Source of the DNA: Siniperca chuatsi
Taxonomy: Eukaryota
Assembly (NCBI RefSeq): GCF_020085105.1
Contig: NC_058053.1
Span: forward strand, 24,477,196-24,541,195
Length of the DNA stretch: 64,000 nucleotides
Direction of reading: 5' to 3'
Shown: positions 22,541-34,844 of the stretch, piece after piece
Numbering within the stretch: position 1 is the stretch's first letter
How the letters are laid out: the number at the start of each line of letters is the position of its first letter
Program-made: the position numbers and the translations under genes
Notes under the pieces: generated by a model
What the model was told of the DNA's origin: nothing
Database searches by the model: none
The model's input: the letters and a program-made list of their open reading frames with translations, nothing else

Positions 22541-22642
22541 CTAGAGAATGGATGCCCTTGCTTTTCAGGAACACGTTGGCAAAGAGTTCTACATCGACAT
22601 TTATGAATTCACCCAGTTCTGTGGTTAACTCCCAGAAGCCCT
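22541..22642 (-). CDS. PARP4: PARP4 MVP-interaction-region exon (EGFWELTTELGEFINVDVELFANVFLKSKGIHSL)
   Basis: ORF track 22443-22652 (-). Human EDGFWKLTPELGLILNLNTNGLHSFLKQKGIQSLG. Confidence 0.8.
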
Positions 22643-23857
22643 CCTGCAACACACAGATAAATGTTTCAATTTTTCATTTCCTATGCAAACCAATGTCCCA
22701 CTTCCCCACGGACTGCTAGTATGAAAAAGCATGCTAATAGTCAAGGACAAAAAAATATGTTTTTTTAAATCCAAGAAAGACAAAAAAACAGTACTGTAAG
22801 TTGCTTTGGACAAAAGCGTCTACTAAATGAATGCAATGTAATGCAATATGTTACACGTTATATACAGTATGATGACACTGAAATTGCTTAGTAAGAGATT
22901 GTAAGGAAAACCCTGTGGTGAAAGGAATGACATTTAATAAAAATAAACTTTCAAACTATGGCAGAACTTAACTTAAATATTGCTAAAACTGACGCAAAGC
23001 AACTGCTTTTGTAGCCCAAATTGGCTCTGCTCATGGACGCATGCTGTCAGAATACATCATTGAAACTGCTGACATTAAATCACTCACAACACTGTCTGTT
23101 AAGAAATGGTTCCAGTGTTTGAACAAAGTGCAATGCAGGCTTCGTGACAGATAGTGGTCCTAGAACAATGGGTTACAAAAAAAATAAATCAAAAAATCAA
23201 AAGATCAGAATTGATAAACCTTTCTCAAAGAAGACATTTTAACTTTCTGCAGGAAAAGCAAAGGTTTAATTTAGGCACACAAGTAAGCCAGCATACAAAA
23301 TATTAGGGCCCTGGAATTGCTACACCTGAATGAAATGCAGCCATGATTTATGTTTTTAGTTTAAGCTAAGTTTAGTTTCATCTGTTCATTGGCTACATTC
23401 AAGTAGACCCAATGAAGTTTTATCATATCTTACTGAATGCTGCATCTTGAAGATCTTTGTCCATCTGAGCTTCAGTACTTCAGGATCTGCTGCCTCTCTC
23501 CTGAAACAACATGATCACAGCAGGACACTCTTAGTGAATATTGACAATGATGTGACAGCTGTTCTATATTAACAACACACATGCATCCAGAAATGTAAAC
23601 ATAAACACACACTTATGCTGACTTTCTTTTCCTTCCACATGCATAGATGCATACATAGGACAAATAACTTTCAGTCCATTAGTCAGTTAACATACAGATG
23701 ATGTAGTCTGTTTTCATTTTTTCAACCAAAACCTTGCCACCATTTCAAATGAGTAAAGCATTTTGACAACAACAATTGATTCACAAGAATTATTATTAGG
23801 GTTTTCTAAGTTGAAGCATATCTAAATAATAATAATAATAATTGTTTTTGGACTTAC

Positions 23858-24813
23858 TCGAAGGGTCGATGAACTGGTAAAAACAGAGGATCAGGGTGCT
23901 TCATGCCTGACGCAGGATAAGCCTTCTGCAAAGCTCGGGGGCGACTTAGACTACTATTTAAAATCCCACTCCCGAAAACAGGCTGAGGTACACCTCCATC
24001 AGGGGCAAATTCACTCTGGGCCTGACTTGCCCCAAAAGAAAAAAATGTTGGTTGAACTGCTTCAGGCATTCTTAATGAGCCTAGTGCCATCCTTTTCTTA
24101 CGTGGGAATTTGTTTTCAAGTTGGTGCATCGACGGATGCAATGCATCTTTTGTTGGATAATCCCATTTAAGGGGTTGGACTTGAGGCAGAAGGGGTTCTG
24201 AAGTCCCAGAAAATTCCTCTCTAACTTTAGAGCCACTGAAACCAAAACCTGATTGTTGAACTTCAAAACTGTGTTCTCTCCTCCCCACCCCAAAGAGAGG
24301 CTTGTGTAAGCAGTGATCTCTTTTTGAATTTCTAGTGAAATCATCTGTAGAAGGTGCAGGTGCAAGTCCTGTGTAAGAGAGGATTTTCATAGAGGCAGGG
24401 GAACTATTGTTTGTGCCATAAGACTCAGCAGCCAACTGAGGCATGCCTAGATCACCACTGAGAAGATTCCTGATGTCTCTGAGCGTGGGAATTTCAGGTA
24501 AAAAGGAAGCTTGCATCCTTAAGTTCCCTGAACTTATATGTGTCACCACTGACTCACTGACTAGAACTGACTCATCATAATGGAGAGAGGGAGAGGGTTT
24601 TCTAGCTACAGGAGGAGGAGATGGGCAAGGAGGAGGAGGAGGAGGAGGAGGAGGAGGATCAAATGAGAGGCCTGGATGAACACTGAAAGTGTGCGACTCG
24701 GGTTGCGGAAGTCTGTCGCACAGATAAAATCCCACTTCTTCAGATTCCATCTCTTCATACGCCTCTTCCACACAAACATTTTCCTCATCTCTCATATAAA
24801 AAATGTCGTCTTC
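23858..24813 (-). CDS. PARP4: PARP4 large proline-rich exon (EDDIFYMRDEENVCVEEAYEEMESEEVGFYLCDRLPQPESHTFSVHPGLSFDPPPPPPPPPPCPSPPPVARKPSPS...KHPDPLFLPVHRPFE); ~318 codons
   Basis: ORF track 23854-24795 (-, 313 aa). Acceptor 'ctgttgtag', GTAAGT donor. Corresponds to the long low-complexity Pro/Ser-rich exon of vertebrate PARP4. Confidence 0.8.
24628..24659 (+). repeat. PARP4: (GGA)n trinucleotide repeat inside PARP4 coding sequence; encodes the poly-proline run (P10) on the minus strand
   Basis: 'ggaggaggaggaggaggaggaggagga' read directly. Confidence 0.9.
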
Positions 24814-24918
24814 CTACAACAGAGAGACAAATACAGCTCATAAAAGTGTCAATTAGTAAATCACAACAAGTAAATTGGCTCTTTCCTTCCCCCCCGATTT
24901 CACAAAACTCACACACAC

Positions 24919-25080
24919 AGTCAAATCATGGAAACAGCAATATTCAGCCTTGTCTTCATTCATTCCTTCCTCTTCACTATCCTGAGGAGAAATCCAGCTG
25001 ATGTAGGGGAGGAAGTCCACATCTTCCTCTGCGATCAACTCGGGGATGTCTGTGAAGCCCTTCTCTGTTTGTTCTGAGTC
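24919..25080 (-). CDS. PARP4: PARP4 exon (DSEQTEKGFTDIPELIAEEDVDFLPYISWISPQDSEEEGMNEDKAEYCCFHDLT). Donor choice uncertain
   Basis: ORF track 24853-25038 and 25035-25274 (-). Human ...FPDIPKVSELIAKEDVDFLPYMSW... Confidence 0.7.
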
Positions 25081-25254
25081 CTAAAACAAGGTAGAGAAGC
25101 TTGGTTTGGTTGGGAGCTACAAAACATGATGTTACAAAACCTTAAAATCCAGGGTGTAAAGTGAGTGGGTGAGTGGGTTGGTTGCCCTGGGCAGCTACCA
25201 GATATAAATACAAATAACCTTATAAATGTGAAAGAGGCTGAAAAATGCACAAAC

Positions 25255-25350
25255 CCTTTCCTCGATGGCCACAAAACTGGTAAACTGAGATAGGATCGAG
25301 AACTCTTTGCTTAACTCGATGATGAAGCTCTTCAACTCTGCTTTCTTCCC
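25255..25350 (-). CDS. PARP4: PARP4 exon (GKKAELKSFIIELSKEFSILSQFTSFVAIEER)
   Basis: ORF track 25195-25416 (-). Human MKKQTLKSLIIKLSKENSLITQFTSFVAVEKR. Confidence 0.9.
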
Positions 25351-25438
25351 CTGGGAAAGAAAAAAATCCAGGTCATCCCACCAGACTGGACGTTGGTGGG
25401 TTGTTTTTGGTCTCACTCAATAACACACACAAACACAC

Positions 25439-25519
25439 CTCATGTTCAGCTTCATTGGTATCCAGGCTTCCGTCTTCATAATCCCTGATGAGGGCCCTTG
25501 CTGTGAGCTTGTGAAGAAA
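25439..25519 (-). CDS. PARP4: PARP4 exon (FLHKLTARALIRDYEDGSLDTNEAEHE)
   Basis: ORF track 25373-25600 (-). Human MIHKLAARALIRDYEDGILHENETSHE. Confidence 0.9.
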
Positions 25520-25656
25520 CTGAACACATAGATCAATAGACATCATAATCACTGCCTCATCATCCTCATGATAATGACAATCACCATCAACCTGCATCAT
25601 CTATCTATCTGTCTATCTATCAGGTACTGTTGAGTCTGTTGAGTGTGAGTACTTAC

Positions 25657-25737
25657 TGTGCCCCTGGTCTTCTGCAGCTCACTGGTTGACACCATGGTTT
25701 TGAGCTCCTGACCACTCAGGTTTCCAAGGAGGGTGGC
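25657..25737 (-). CDS. PARP4: PARP4 exon (ATLLGNLSGQELKTMVSTSELQKTRGT)
   Basis: Human ATLCALIQEKEFRTMVSTTELQKTTGT. 81 nt, GTAAGT donor. Confidence 0.9.
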
Positions 25738-26173
25738 CTGTAGCAAGTTACAAGCAACAATTATTTGAGTCTTTTTTCAAGGAAAAATGCCAAATATTTG
25801 CTGGTTTCTAGCTTCTTAAATATGAGGATTTGCTGCTTTACTGAGTTTTATATCATTGTAAATTTAATATTGTGTGTTTTTGACTAATGGTCAAAGAAAA
25901 CAAGCAATTTGAAGATATCACCTTGAGCTCTGGGAAATTGTGATGGGCATTTTTCACTAGTTTCTGATATTTTATAGACAAAACAACTGATTGAAAATAT
26001 TTGACATATGAATTGATTAATAATAAAAAATAATCGTTAGTTGCAGCCCTAAGTGAGATTCAGAATAATAGCCTACACACACTCACAAAAATATAAAAAT
26101 ATCGGCAAGCAACACAAGAAAAAATGCAATTCAGCAGTAATTCAGTTTGCAGTCATGTGTATAAAGTGCGTAC

Positions 26174-26344
26174 CTGAGTGCAGTGCGGCACAAAGCCGTA
26201 AACCAGGGTGTGACAGTCATTAAATAGAGCATGGAGCTGCTTGGGGGCTTGCACAGGAAGGGGCGCTGTTGGATTGAACTGCTGCCACTTTACAGACACT
26301 GAACTGCAACCAGGAGACGCCATACGCTTCACCTGACATGCCAC
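26174..26344 (-). CDS. PARP4: PARP4 exon (VACQVKRMASPGCSSVSVKWQQFNPTAPLPVQAPKQLHALFNDCHTLVYGFVPHCTQ)
   Basis: ORF track 26153-26368 (-). 171 nt. Human ...LCSPSCHSVSVKWQQLNPDVPEALQAPAQVPSLFLNDRLLVYGFIPHCTQ. Confidence 0.9.
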
Positions 26345-26817
26345 CTGCAGCCAAGACAGACAAAACAAAGGGTAAACAGATGGATCAACAGAGGTTATTT
26401 CATTCTATGTGAAAGTGTATTTGTGACATTTTATGAGTGTTGGTTGCATTAGAAATGCATTAGGATTGAAAGGGATGTCACTAAAATGGCATTGAATGCA
26501 CTTCATTTGAGGGTACAATAGTACAACAATCTCTTGTACGAGGCCTATATGGAAACATCTGTATAAGTGCTGTTACATTAAGTGTGAATCATTTATTTTC
26601 ATTTAGGTGCAATGGAAATGTAGTTATATCCTAATTTTGGATTCGTTTTTTCAACATAATTCATTAACAAATGAGTGCATGAGAAATTATGCAAAAATGA
26701 AAACCACAAAATGGTGACCAGTAGTAAAAACAGTTCACACAATAATTAATAGCAGAAACATAAAATCAGAATATACTGTATGATTATCTGTGATTAATTA
26801 AAGGTACGCAGTCTCAC

Positions 26818-26917
26818 CTTCTCTGCCCAGTTGTGTTTGGTTTTTGTGTCGAAGAATTCAAAGGCTCCACCCCCTGCCTGAGACAGGGCTCTCAGCATGT
26901 GCCGATTGGCTGTCGGG
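26818..26917 (-). CDS. PARP4: PARP4 exon (SPTANRHMLRALSQAGGGAFEFFDTKTKHNWAEK)
   Basis: Human STANRHVLRILSQCGAGVFEYFNAKSKHSWRKQ. 100 nt. Confidence 0.85.
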
Positions 26918-27311
26918 CTGAAACGACAAAGAAACAGCAACACGCACCGTTAAAAAGTCTGTAATCAAAAAGAGCTCAGTGTGCAGAGTATAGTAGCTTC
27001 TACTGTACTGTAGACAAATGCTGTATATGAAAAATGTATAAATGTGTTTGTCCTTAGAGCTCAGAGAGTTTTAACCTGTCTGCACCTTTTCACCTTATAA
27101 AAGTGTCTTTCTGACTAGTGACGTTATAGATTTTAAACAGTGTCATCGACTGTAGTAGCACAGCACTCATCAACATAAACAGTAAGCTAAAAGGATGTTC
27201 TTGTGATTTGGGGCTCTGTTGGGCATTTCATGAGTGAACCTTTAACTGAGAAAATCAAAAGTCGATTTCCTCACACCAGCCGTGACCAATGACCCCTCCA
27301 CCCGTTCAGAC

Positions 27312-27499
27312 CTGAGGCCGCAGGTGAAGAGGCGGCTGTGCTGAGCGTTGTCTCTGAGCAGCTGCAAGGTGAGCTCTGGGTTCTGGATGTGGCCATCCGA
27401 CAGCAGCAGCAGGTTCCTGATGCCGCGGGATGGAGGCAGCAGGCTGAGCGCTCGTAGGGGCCGCCACAGCTCAGTGCTGCCCCCTACAGGAGAGAAGTG
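27312..27499 (-). CDS. PARP4: PARP4 vWA exon (HFSPVGGSTELWRPLRALSLLPPSRGIRNLLLLSDGHIQNPELTLQLLRDNAQHSRLFTCGL)
   Basis: Hand translation. Human SATPTMGNTDFWKTLRYLSLLYPARGSRNILLVSDGHLQDESLTLQLVKRSRPHTRLFACGIG. Confidence 0.85.
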
Positions 27500-29038
27500 C
27501 TGGTAGGAGAGGGAGAGGAACAGAGCTTTCAGAACACACAGGCATATGCTGCGTTCAAATCATATCATTAAACCGGAATAACGAGCAACCAAGTGGGAAA
27601 AATCATTCACATCAGTCTCCGACTCGTTATTCTGAGTCGGCGATATCTAGTATTTCCGATCTGACAACATCTCCCACTGAAACTACAGATACGTCAACAA
27701 ACTCTTGGCAGAACCGCTTGCAGTTACATCAAAATCAAATCCTATACAATACACTAATACAATCAATTCAGCTAATTTCATATGAGCTATACACTTTTTG
27801 TTTGATTGTATCTGGCTTCACTTTGAAACAAACTGCTACAAAAAAGTAGCTAATTTAGGCTAATTATCTGACGTGAATACAAGGTTAGCACAAGGGCTAA
27901 CCACCTTGGAATAATGTGTGAACACTCCGAAGTTGAAATAAGGGGTGTTTTTCCTGTTCTTTGGTTGGCGTCTCCCTTTGGGCCGTGGTGTGTAGCCCCC
28001 CGCCAATAACAGCGAGCAGGCTGTGAGGTCGGGACTTTATAAAAAAATAGCGACATCGTTGTCTCCTTCTCTCCTCTGTCTGTGTGTAAGTCTGTGTGTC
28101 TGTTTGGCCGAGGGGCTGGGGCTGAGCTACACTCACACACAGTGCAGAGAGGGCCACAGAGCGGACAGGATGAAGCCCTATCTTCATTAATTCTCTAGCG
28201 TGCCAACTTGTGTTTGCAAACAGCAACTGAAAAATTCTACTTATTCTGCCTTTAAGTCTCCTAAATGACTAATTAACTAAACATGACTTTTAAATTTCTT
28301 GTTTTTTTTTTAAAAACCTAGCTTTTGGATGAATTGTCCACACACACTAGGTGTGAAATTCCGATTCCGATTTGATGTTACTTTTAATATTAAATTTAAA
28401 AAAATCCTAAAAAAAATTTGCTATGAGAAACATTTTTGTCTGGTTATTTACTTTTTAAATATAATATAGCTTTGTTCAGTATGTTGTTAAAGGAATCCCT
28501 AAATTCACATAAGAAATTCACCTTACATTGGCCAGTCCATTGTTTCCTGTTTATTATACAGAATATATAGAGTGAAATAGTAAAGTTTAGTATATCTATG
28601 TATCACAGGATTAAGTTCCTTTAATGGCTGCACGGTCAGGTTGGAGCCATTTCACACAGATGAAAAATCTCTTTTGTTTACCACACAAGTGCAAAAAAAG
28701 TGTAGCACACTTTTGGTACTGCAGTAAAAATAGCCTATTATTACAGTACAGTAATACAGTAGTAGTGACTTTTGTGTAGTTAAGTTGATAAATTACAGTA
28801 TATTAACTAAGGTCTGTTACATGTTACACAGTTGAACTTTAGTACTAGGTTAATAATATTAATCAATGGAAATAAACGAAGAAAAAAATAAAACATCTGC
28901 AGCCCTCTAATTTGGATTTGAAAAACAATATATGCTTGCTTCATGTCAGAGCTCTGCAGTAACATTATTCAATATTCTCTATAACAATGGCTTCCAGGTT
29001 GAACTACAGTATGAAAGAATCTGCCAGTCATAACTCAC

Positions 29039-29109
29039 CTTGATGAACCTCTCGGCTGCCTGACGAGCTTCAACAAGCGGCTGTGCTGTCGGGAAAGTTT
29101 CTGTGTGAT
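29039..29109 (-). CDS. PARP4: PARP4 vWA exon (DHTETFPTAQPLVEARQAAERFIK)
   Basis: 71 nt with phase 1 in. GTGAGT donor. Confidence 0.75.
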
Positions 29110-29425
29110 CTGACAGACAAAACCACAGTAGAAAGTCAGGAAAATGACTACTGACTACTGTAGTCATTAGTTACTTTTGCAAAATATTAGGTAAGATAAT
29201 GATCTATGAGAAATTGATTGAACAAGTTTAAACTAAAGAGTTTGGTTTATTAAGAGGAAACTTTCATGTAAAAGGAGAGTTTGCATGGTGAAAAGTCGGG
29301 TGAAAAGCTTCCTCTTTAATGGTGAGACAGTTTCACTTTGTCTCATCTTGCCAACTTGTACTTCCTCTGTATTTTTTTAGGTCTTATCACTATATACACA
29401 AAAACATAAGAAGGATAAAACTGAC

Positions 29426-29615
29426 CTGTGCCAAAGAAAATTACATTGAGTCTGAGGTTGTGGTCGAGGGTTTTGAGGACCTGCAGGGCGATTCTCTGGG
29501 CCATGCGGAGAGACTCTCCCTTCATGGACTCAGACGTGTCCAGCAACAGGACGACTTCATCGGATGCTGGACTGGAGTTGACGTCAAAGTCTGGATAGAA
29601 AACCAACATGCAGGC
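29426..29615 (-). CDS. PARP4: PARP4 vWA start exon (ACMLVFYPDFDVNSSPASDEVVLLLDTSESMKGESLRMAQRIALQVLKTLDHNLRLNVIFFGT); MIDAS D-x-S-x-S motif
   Basis: ORF track 29343-29609 (-). Human ACMLVFQPDLDVDLPDLASESEVIICLDCSSSMEGVTFLQAKQIALHAL...VNIIQFGT. Confidence 0.9.
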
Positions 29616-29693
29616 CTAGAGGAGAGAGTGACAGATGGTTAAAAAAATAAGTAACACAGAGTGAGAGAAAGAGATGAAGACAGACAGACAGAC

Positions 29694-29831
29694 CTGGCTG
29701 TCCTTGTCAGGGTGTTTCTCAACCCACATCCTGGGCAGGTGGACCTCAGACAGAGTGACTGACAGCTGGAAACCTTCTGGACCCATGACCTCTCCTGGCA
29801 GCACGCTCACCACTGCCTTACAGTCTGTTCT
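29694..29831 (-). CDS. PARP4: PARP4 exon (RTDCKAVVSVLPGEVMGPEGFQLSVTLSEVHLPRMWVEKHPDKDSQ)
   Basis: ORF track 29616-29813 (-). 138 nt. Human RTDCKAVISTMEGSSLDSSGFSLHIGLSAAYLPRMWVEKHPEKESE. Confidence 0.9.
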
Positions 29832-30439
29832 CTATGGGATCACACACACAGAAAAGAAAAAAGGATAAACATGAAAAAGAGAAAATGGACTAGGGTTGTA
29901 AGTAATGATTACTTTTTTATGGATTAAACTATCAAGTATAGTTTCGATGATGTAATGACAAATCTGCATCATATCATAACTCAATCTATAGGCTTAAAAT
30001 TATTTATGCAGTCTAAGCAGCAGAATAAAATAAATAAAAATAAAATACATCAAATTCTGATATGAAGAAAAGAGAAAAGCAAGCATATTCTATTGAAGCT
30101 GTAACAAGCAGATCTTTAGTATTTTGACATGGACAAAAAGATAAATCATTTCGAGATTATGTTAATTAAACATCCTCATAATTACAAATTCTCTGCTGAT
30201 AAACTTCTCATTTTATCAAGTCATAATTTTAGCAAATGTGAGGTAGACAGTTAAACCCCATTAGTAGAAATATATGAAAGAGAAACATTTTTATCTTTAT
30301 TTTATGGTACGCAGGTTGTGCAAAGTGACACAGCTTCAGTACCAAAACTCCAAACATTTTCTAGAACTTAATTCCTTGATCCATTTTTATATTAAGGCAT
30401 TCAACATATTCAACACAATAAATGTTTAAATCAAATTAC

Positions 30440-30521
30440 CTTAATCTTGACTTTGTGAGTGATGCACTTCAGGCTGGAGATCTCATAGGGCATCTCAATT
30501 GACATATCCAGGGTGAACTCT
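30440..30521 (-). CDS. PARP4: PARP4 exon (REFTLDMSIEMPYEISSLKCITHKVKIK)
   Basis: Human FSLTMSIEMPYVIEFIFSDTHELKQK. gtaatt donor. Confidence 0.8.
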
Positions 30522-30793
30522 CTGAGGGAAAAAAAACAACACATTGAACATAGCCTCTAGCTGCACACGCTGGAGTAGGCATTAGAAAAAACAATATAGA
30601 GAAGGACAACACACTTTTTTGTCCAAATGTTTTACTTGACAAATGACAGATGAGCCACAATAGATCCACTGCTTCACCACACTACACCACTGAACATTCA
30701 GCATTAAAGGAGTCAGATTTCAGGGATCTAATGGGTTCAAAATTACGTTAAACACAAATTGCATTAAAATAGTCAAAACATAACATAACTCAC

Positions 30794-30840
30794 CTCGTAC
30801 TTGCTGCCTCATCAGTCACACACACCTTCTCCACAGTGAC
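30794..30840 (-). CDS. PARP4: PARP4 small exon (VTVEKVCVTDEAAST)
   Basis: Hand translation. Human DTVEKICIKEIGTKQS. GTGAGT donor. Confidence 0.65.
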
Positions 30841-31326
30841 CTGTTGAGCAATGGAAAACAAACAAAAACACGAGAACACCAGCCATTTTACTTTCAATGC
30901 TGAGCCCCTCACATACTATGATATCCTTGCCTTTCCTCTAAACTCCATACGAAATTCAAGCAGGTGGGGACAGTCTAGCACTAGCCAAGACAGAAAGACA
31001 CAAGCCTGATGCAGCAAAATAAATAAACAAAAACACTTGGCCTCGGTTTATAATTTCTCCTGTGATGAATGGTTCATGCAAAAGTAAGTTAGCTTGGTGA
31101 TAGCAAACTAAACATTAAATTGAAGACCAAACACTGCAGGCAAGTCCCGCTATGTTTGATATGTGTTGCTACCTAATACATTTCATTGACTAAAAAACAC
31201 TACCAAAAGGAAAATAAGGAGCAGAAATTAAAGAAATCACAGTGATGCAAATACACTTTGTTTTCTTGCTGTTTTGCTCCTTTTTTTTTTAGGTTTTGTC
31301 AGACCTCCTGTCCAGGTTCTCCTTAC

Positions 31327-31491
31327 TTGTGTGGTCTGGTTGAGCGCTGCACTCTCCTGCCATGGAGCCACACTCCCAGGCAGGGAGAAGAGAATACTCC
31401 CGTCCCTGACGATCAGCTCAGACACAAAGGTAACTTTAATGAGGACAGTTGCATCAGGTGGCAGATTGCCCACACTGATGGTGAACACATC
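31327..31491 (-). CDS. PARP4: PARP4 VIT exon (DVFTISVGNLPPDATVLIKVTFVSELIVRDGSILFSLPGSVAPWQESAALNQTTQ)
   Basis: ORF track 31237-31581 (-). 165 nt. Human DVFTVSVGNLPPKAKVLIKITYITELSILGT...ATVAPWQQDKALNENLQ. Confidence 0.9.
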
Positions 31492-32384
31492 CTGCAGTGA
31501 GTACAAAAATAACATGACAACCAGTGTAGAGAAATAGAGTTGCGAAGAGAGAGGAGCTATTTCAGGCACCCCTGGTTCCACAAGTAAATTTCATTTATTT
31601 TTCCCATAGACAATGTATGTGACTCACAGCTGGAGCTCCTCTACGCCTTGGATTGGCATGAAACTCTCCAGGTTAAATCATCAGTCCAAAATTTTAACAA
31701 CTGCGTTAGAAAATACCTGGTCCTTTGATACAAAGTAGACGGTACAAGCTTGTGTACATAAAAATTTCAGAAGTTAACGAAGTTAACTACGACTCCCACG
31801 GTGCATTTCGGCAAGAAACATCCAATCACTAAACATAAAATTCTGTCATGTGCGCCGCCAACAGCGGGTGGAAGCTAACGATTATGCTGTTGAAAAAAAT
31901 GATTTTATAATCTGCAGCTTAAGTCAGTTCAGTTTCAATTTTGGGGTCAACTTTGGTTGAATTCAGCAACTATGGCGCCGGGTTTTGTTGCAACAACAAA
32001 GCGTTTTGAATTGGCCACCGCTCTGATTCGCGCCTCTGACTGGATTCTTCTCCATGGCAATGGCCGCTGAGGCTCATGGGTATTGTAGTATTTCTAGCAA
32101 AAGGACAGTAACATTGAAGATATTGTTGAAAGAAAAAAATTAAATGGGAATACAGAATGGAGAAAAACACTTACGGAAGCAGCGGTTTCCACTTCACAAC
32201 TCTAAACACTTTTATGTATCAATTTAATTATTTGATGACATTAATGAAATGCTGTGAAAAGGGTTATAAAATATTCTGATATACTGATTGTGCAGTCTAA
32301 TATTTTAGGATTGGAAATAGCTAAACTTAGAGCTTGAATCAGCACAATGATATGTGTTTGGTTGAGTGCAGATTGTGGACATAC

Positions 32385-32471
32385 AGGGGCGTCCTGGTCC
32401 ATGAGGTAGGCTCCATGACCTTTCTCAATAGCCTGCCTGTACTCCTTGCGAGCCTCCTCTTTTTCCTTCAC
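32385..32471 (-). CDS. PARP4: PARP4 VIT exon (VKEKEEARKEYRQAIEKGHGAYLMDQDAP)
   Basis: ORF track 32241-32699 (-). Human IKEKEEAQQEYLEAVTQGHGAYLMSQDAP. Confidence 0.9.
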
Positions 32472-32912
32472 CTGAGTTCCAAACACACATGAAAAAACAA
32501 AGTTAAATTGGTTTAGCAAAGAATCCATAATGTTAGTTTTATCCTTTGTGTTGTACTGGTGGGTGAAAATGTATCCAATCACTGAGCAGTGAATCAGAAA
32601 AGAGCAGCCTGTCAAAAGTTGCTCACAATGTGTACAAGCACCAAAGATGAGAAAGAAATCCAAAACTTTGTACTGTACATCTGGATCAAATGGACGCAAA
32701 TTCCAAATGCAAACTTTTGAATCTGGCTTTCATGAGAATATCAAACTGAACTTTTTCAATTTCCTTTGTGTCATTTACAGAAGGGAGCAAACTGCTGGGA
32801 ATAAAGATAAATAATAAAGAATAACATATTAGATAATAAAGAAATACTGTAACTGGAGGTAAAAAAAATAGTAAAAAAAAGAAATGTTGATAAGAAAGTA
32901 GAGTTAGGTTAC

Positions 32913-33044
32913 CTGTCCCACCACATGTTTCCCATTGATGAAAGCTTCAAATCCACACACTGCTGCAGAATCATCCAACGGGAAGACATACTTTGCCTCA
33001 ATGGGCGCAGAACTTAGATTGGTGTATTTTTGGAAAATGATGAC
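32913..33044 (-). CDS. PARP4: PARP4 VIT-domain exon (VIIFQKYTNLSSAPIEAKYVFPLDDSAAVCGFEAFINGKHVVGQ)
   Basis: 132 nt. Acceptor 'ttttag', donor gtaacc. Human VIVFQTYTNKSHVPIEAKYIFPLDDKAAVCGFEAFINGKHIVGE. Confidence 0.9.
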
Positions 33045-33244
33045 CTAAAAGAGGACAGAGGAGAGGGCAGATTTCAAGGACGGATGAGAGACATATACTG
33101 TCAGCGCTTTATTTGAGATATGAGCCAGTAAACTCAGCAGTCAGTTTTTTTAGGAGGTTGAATAAAATCCCCCATCGAGCTGTCATCAACCTAACACACA
33201 AAAAAATAAATAAAGAAAAAACTCAATGAGCTGTCTTTTTTCAC

Positions 33245-33387
33245 CTGAGAGAGCAGATCCATCAGTTTGCACTTCACGTGGACAGCCTGCAGAGGGAGCT
33301 GCTGACCGGAGCTGTCCAGCAGTCCAGCTGTCACACCCTCCAGTGGGTTTTTAATGCTTTCAACCCCGTCATCCTCCGAACCGAGCT
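33245..33387 (-). CDS. PARP4: PARP4 exon (ELGSEDDGVESIKNPLEGVTAGLLDSSGQQLPLQAVHVKCKLMDLLSQ)
   Basis: ORF track 33191-33463 (-). Human ...KAGLQDASGNLVPLEDVHIKGRIIDTVAQ. Confidence 0.8.
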
Positions 33388-34702
33388 CTACACACACGCA
33401 CACACACCAAAACATACACAAAATCCTTGTTTTCTGCATTGCAATCACAACAATACAGGACATCTCTTTAAAATCTCTTTCAAAAACAAGTTTAACAAAT
33501 TACAAGTAAACTAAAAAAATGTAAAACCAAGTATTTCATTGAATGAATGTGAAAATAAAACCCGAGTCTGTATTACTTAAAGTAATTATCATTGATAAAA
33601 CATAACACCTTGAAATTATTATTTTTTTTTAAAGTGACTCAAGACTCAAAACACCCCTTAACTGACAGTACATTGTATTCCATTTACTTTCATAATTACC
33701 ATTTATGTATGCTGATTTTAGTACAGTATGTTTTTTTTTCATGCTTCATAGTGTATATAGTAAAAGCTACGTGGAATCAATAAAGGTTTTCTTATCTTAT
33801 TCCATAATAATCCACATAATTTACAACATCTAAAGACTTTCAGTCATTCTTGAGGAAGGCTTTAACTTCAGTTACTTCTGCATGGAAATGTGATGAATTA
33901 TAATGACTTGCTTTGATGTGATGGTTAGCAAGACAAAACGCTGTCTCTGGTGATGATAACTGACTATGTCTTTGGAAATATGGGATTGCCTCCTTAGGCA
34001 AATTTCAGGGTGTCATAGTTTTAAATGACACAGTAGACTGTGCTGCAGTAGGTTTGCCACATTTAGGCTTTTAAAGGCCAATAATGATATAGATATCTTG
34101 AAACAGAAACCACTGATAGCCAAACCTTGATCATTGCAAGGCCAAAACACTGTGGAGATTCTGTCTCCTTGCCCATGTATTTCCCGTGTGTGTCTCTGCT
34201 GTGTGACCCCTGTAATTAAATGTCCCTGTAAATCCCGTATTTTGTATAATTCTGTATAAATTCTGTATGTCTTACTTGTTTGTACTATGTTTGCACTGAC
34301 TGTGGAAAAGAATTTCGTCATTGAGGACAAATAAACTATCTATCTATCTAATCAGAACGGTCCTCTCATTGGGATGGAAAAGCCTTTGAAACAGCATTTA
34401 GACACTAAACACGAAAACTAAAACTCTGCTAAAACGTTTCTGTGGTCTGAAGTAAAGTACTCCACACTTAAGCTGAGTGGACCAGAAAATTGCACTTTGA
34501 TGGTATTTCAACACAATTTTGACTTCATCAAAGTGCTTTAAGAGCCGAAGAAGTCAGATAATTTTTTCAATCATGTAATCTCTCAACTGAAAAGAAAACA
34601 CAACAATCGCCACCAACACTATGGTGTGTAACATCAGAATTTCATTTTTAAACTGCTAACTCTTAGGAGAACTATACTTTGAAATATTTTGCAGGTGCTC
34701 AC

Positions 34703-34844
34703 CTTGGTCAGAAGATGGCAGACTAGGCTCAGCTGAGGTGTCGATGGCAGGACTGAACTCTTTCAGTTGGTCTCCCTCGATGCTGAACTGAACCACGTAC
34801 TTCAGTTTCACCTGATCAGGACTGTACACCACATATTCATCATC
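34703..34844 (-). CDS. PARP4: PARP4 catalytic exon (DDEYVVYSPDQVKLKYVVQFSIEGDQLKEFSPAIDTSAEPSLPSSDQ). Catalytic Glu in the DDEYVVY context is conserved
   Basis: ORF track 34656-34907 (-). Human DDEFVVYKTNQVKMKYIIKFSMPGDQIKDF. Confidence 0.85.

Noticed and set aside
23854-24795. 313-aa minus-strand ORF as a stand-alone gene
   Set aside because: It is the large proline-rich internal exon of PARP4: flanked by an AG acceptor and a GTAAGT donor, it is collinear with human PARP4.
29319-29642. 107-aa + ORF and the 35205-35591 + ORFs
   Set aside because: Antisense to PARP4 vWA and catalytic exons. GC-rich coding exons commonly leave open antisense frames.
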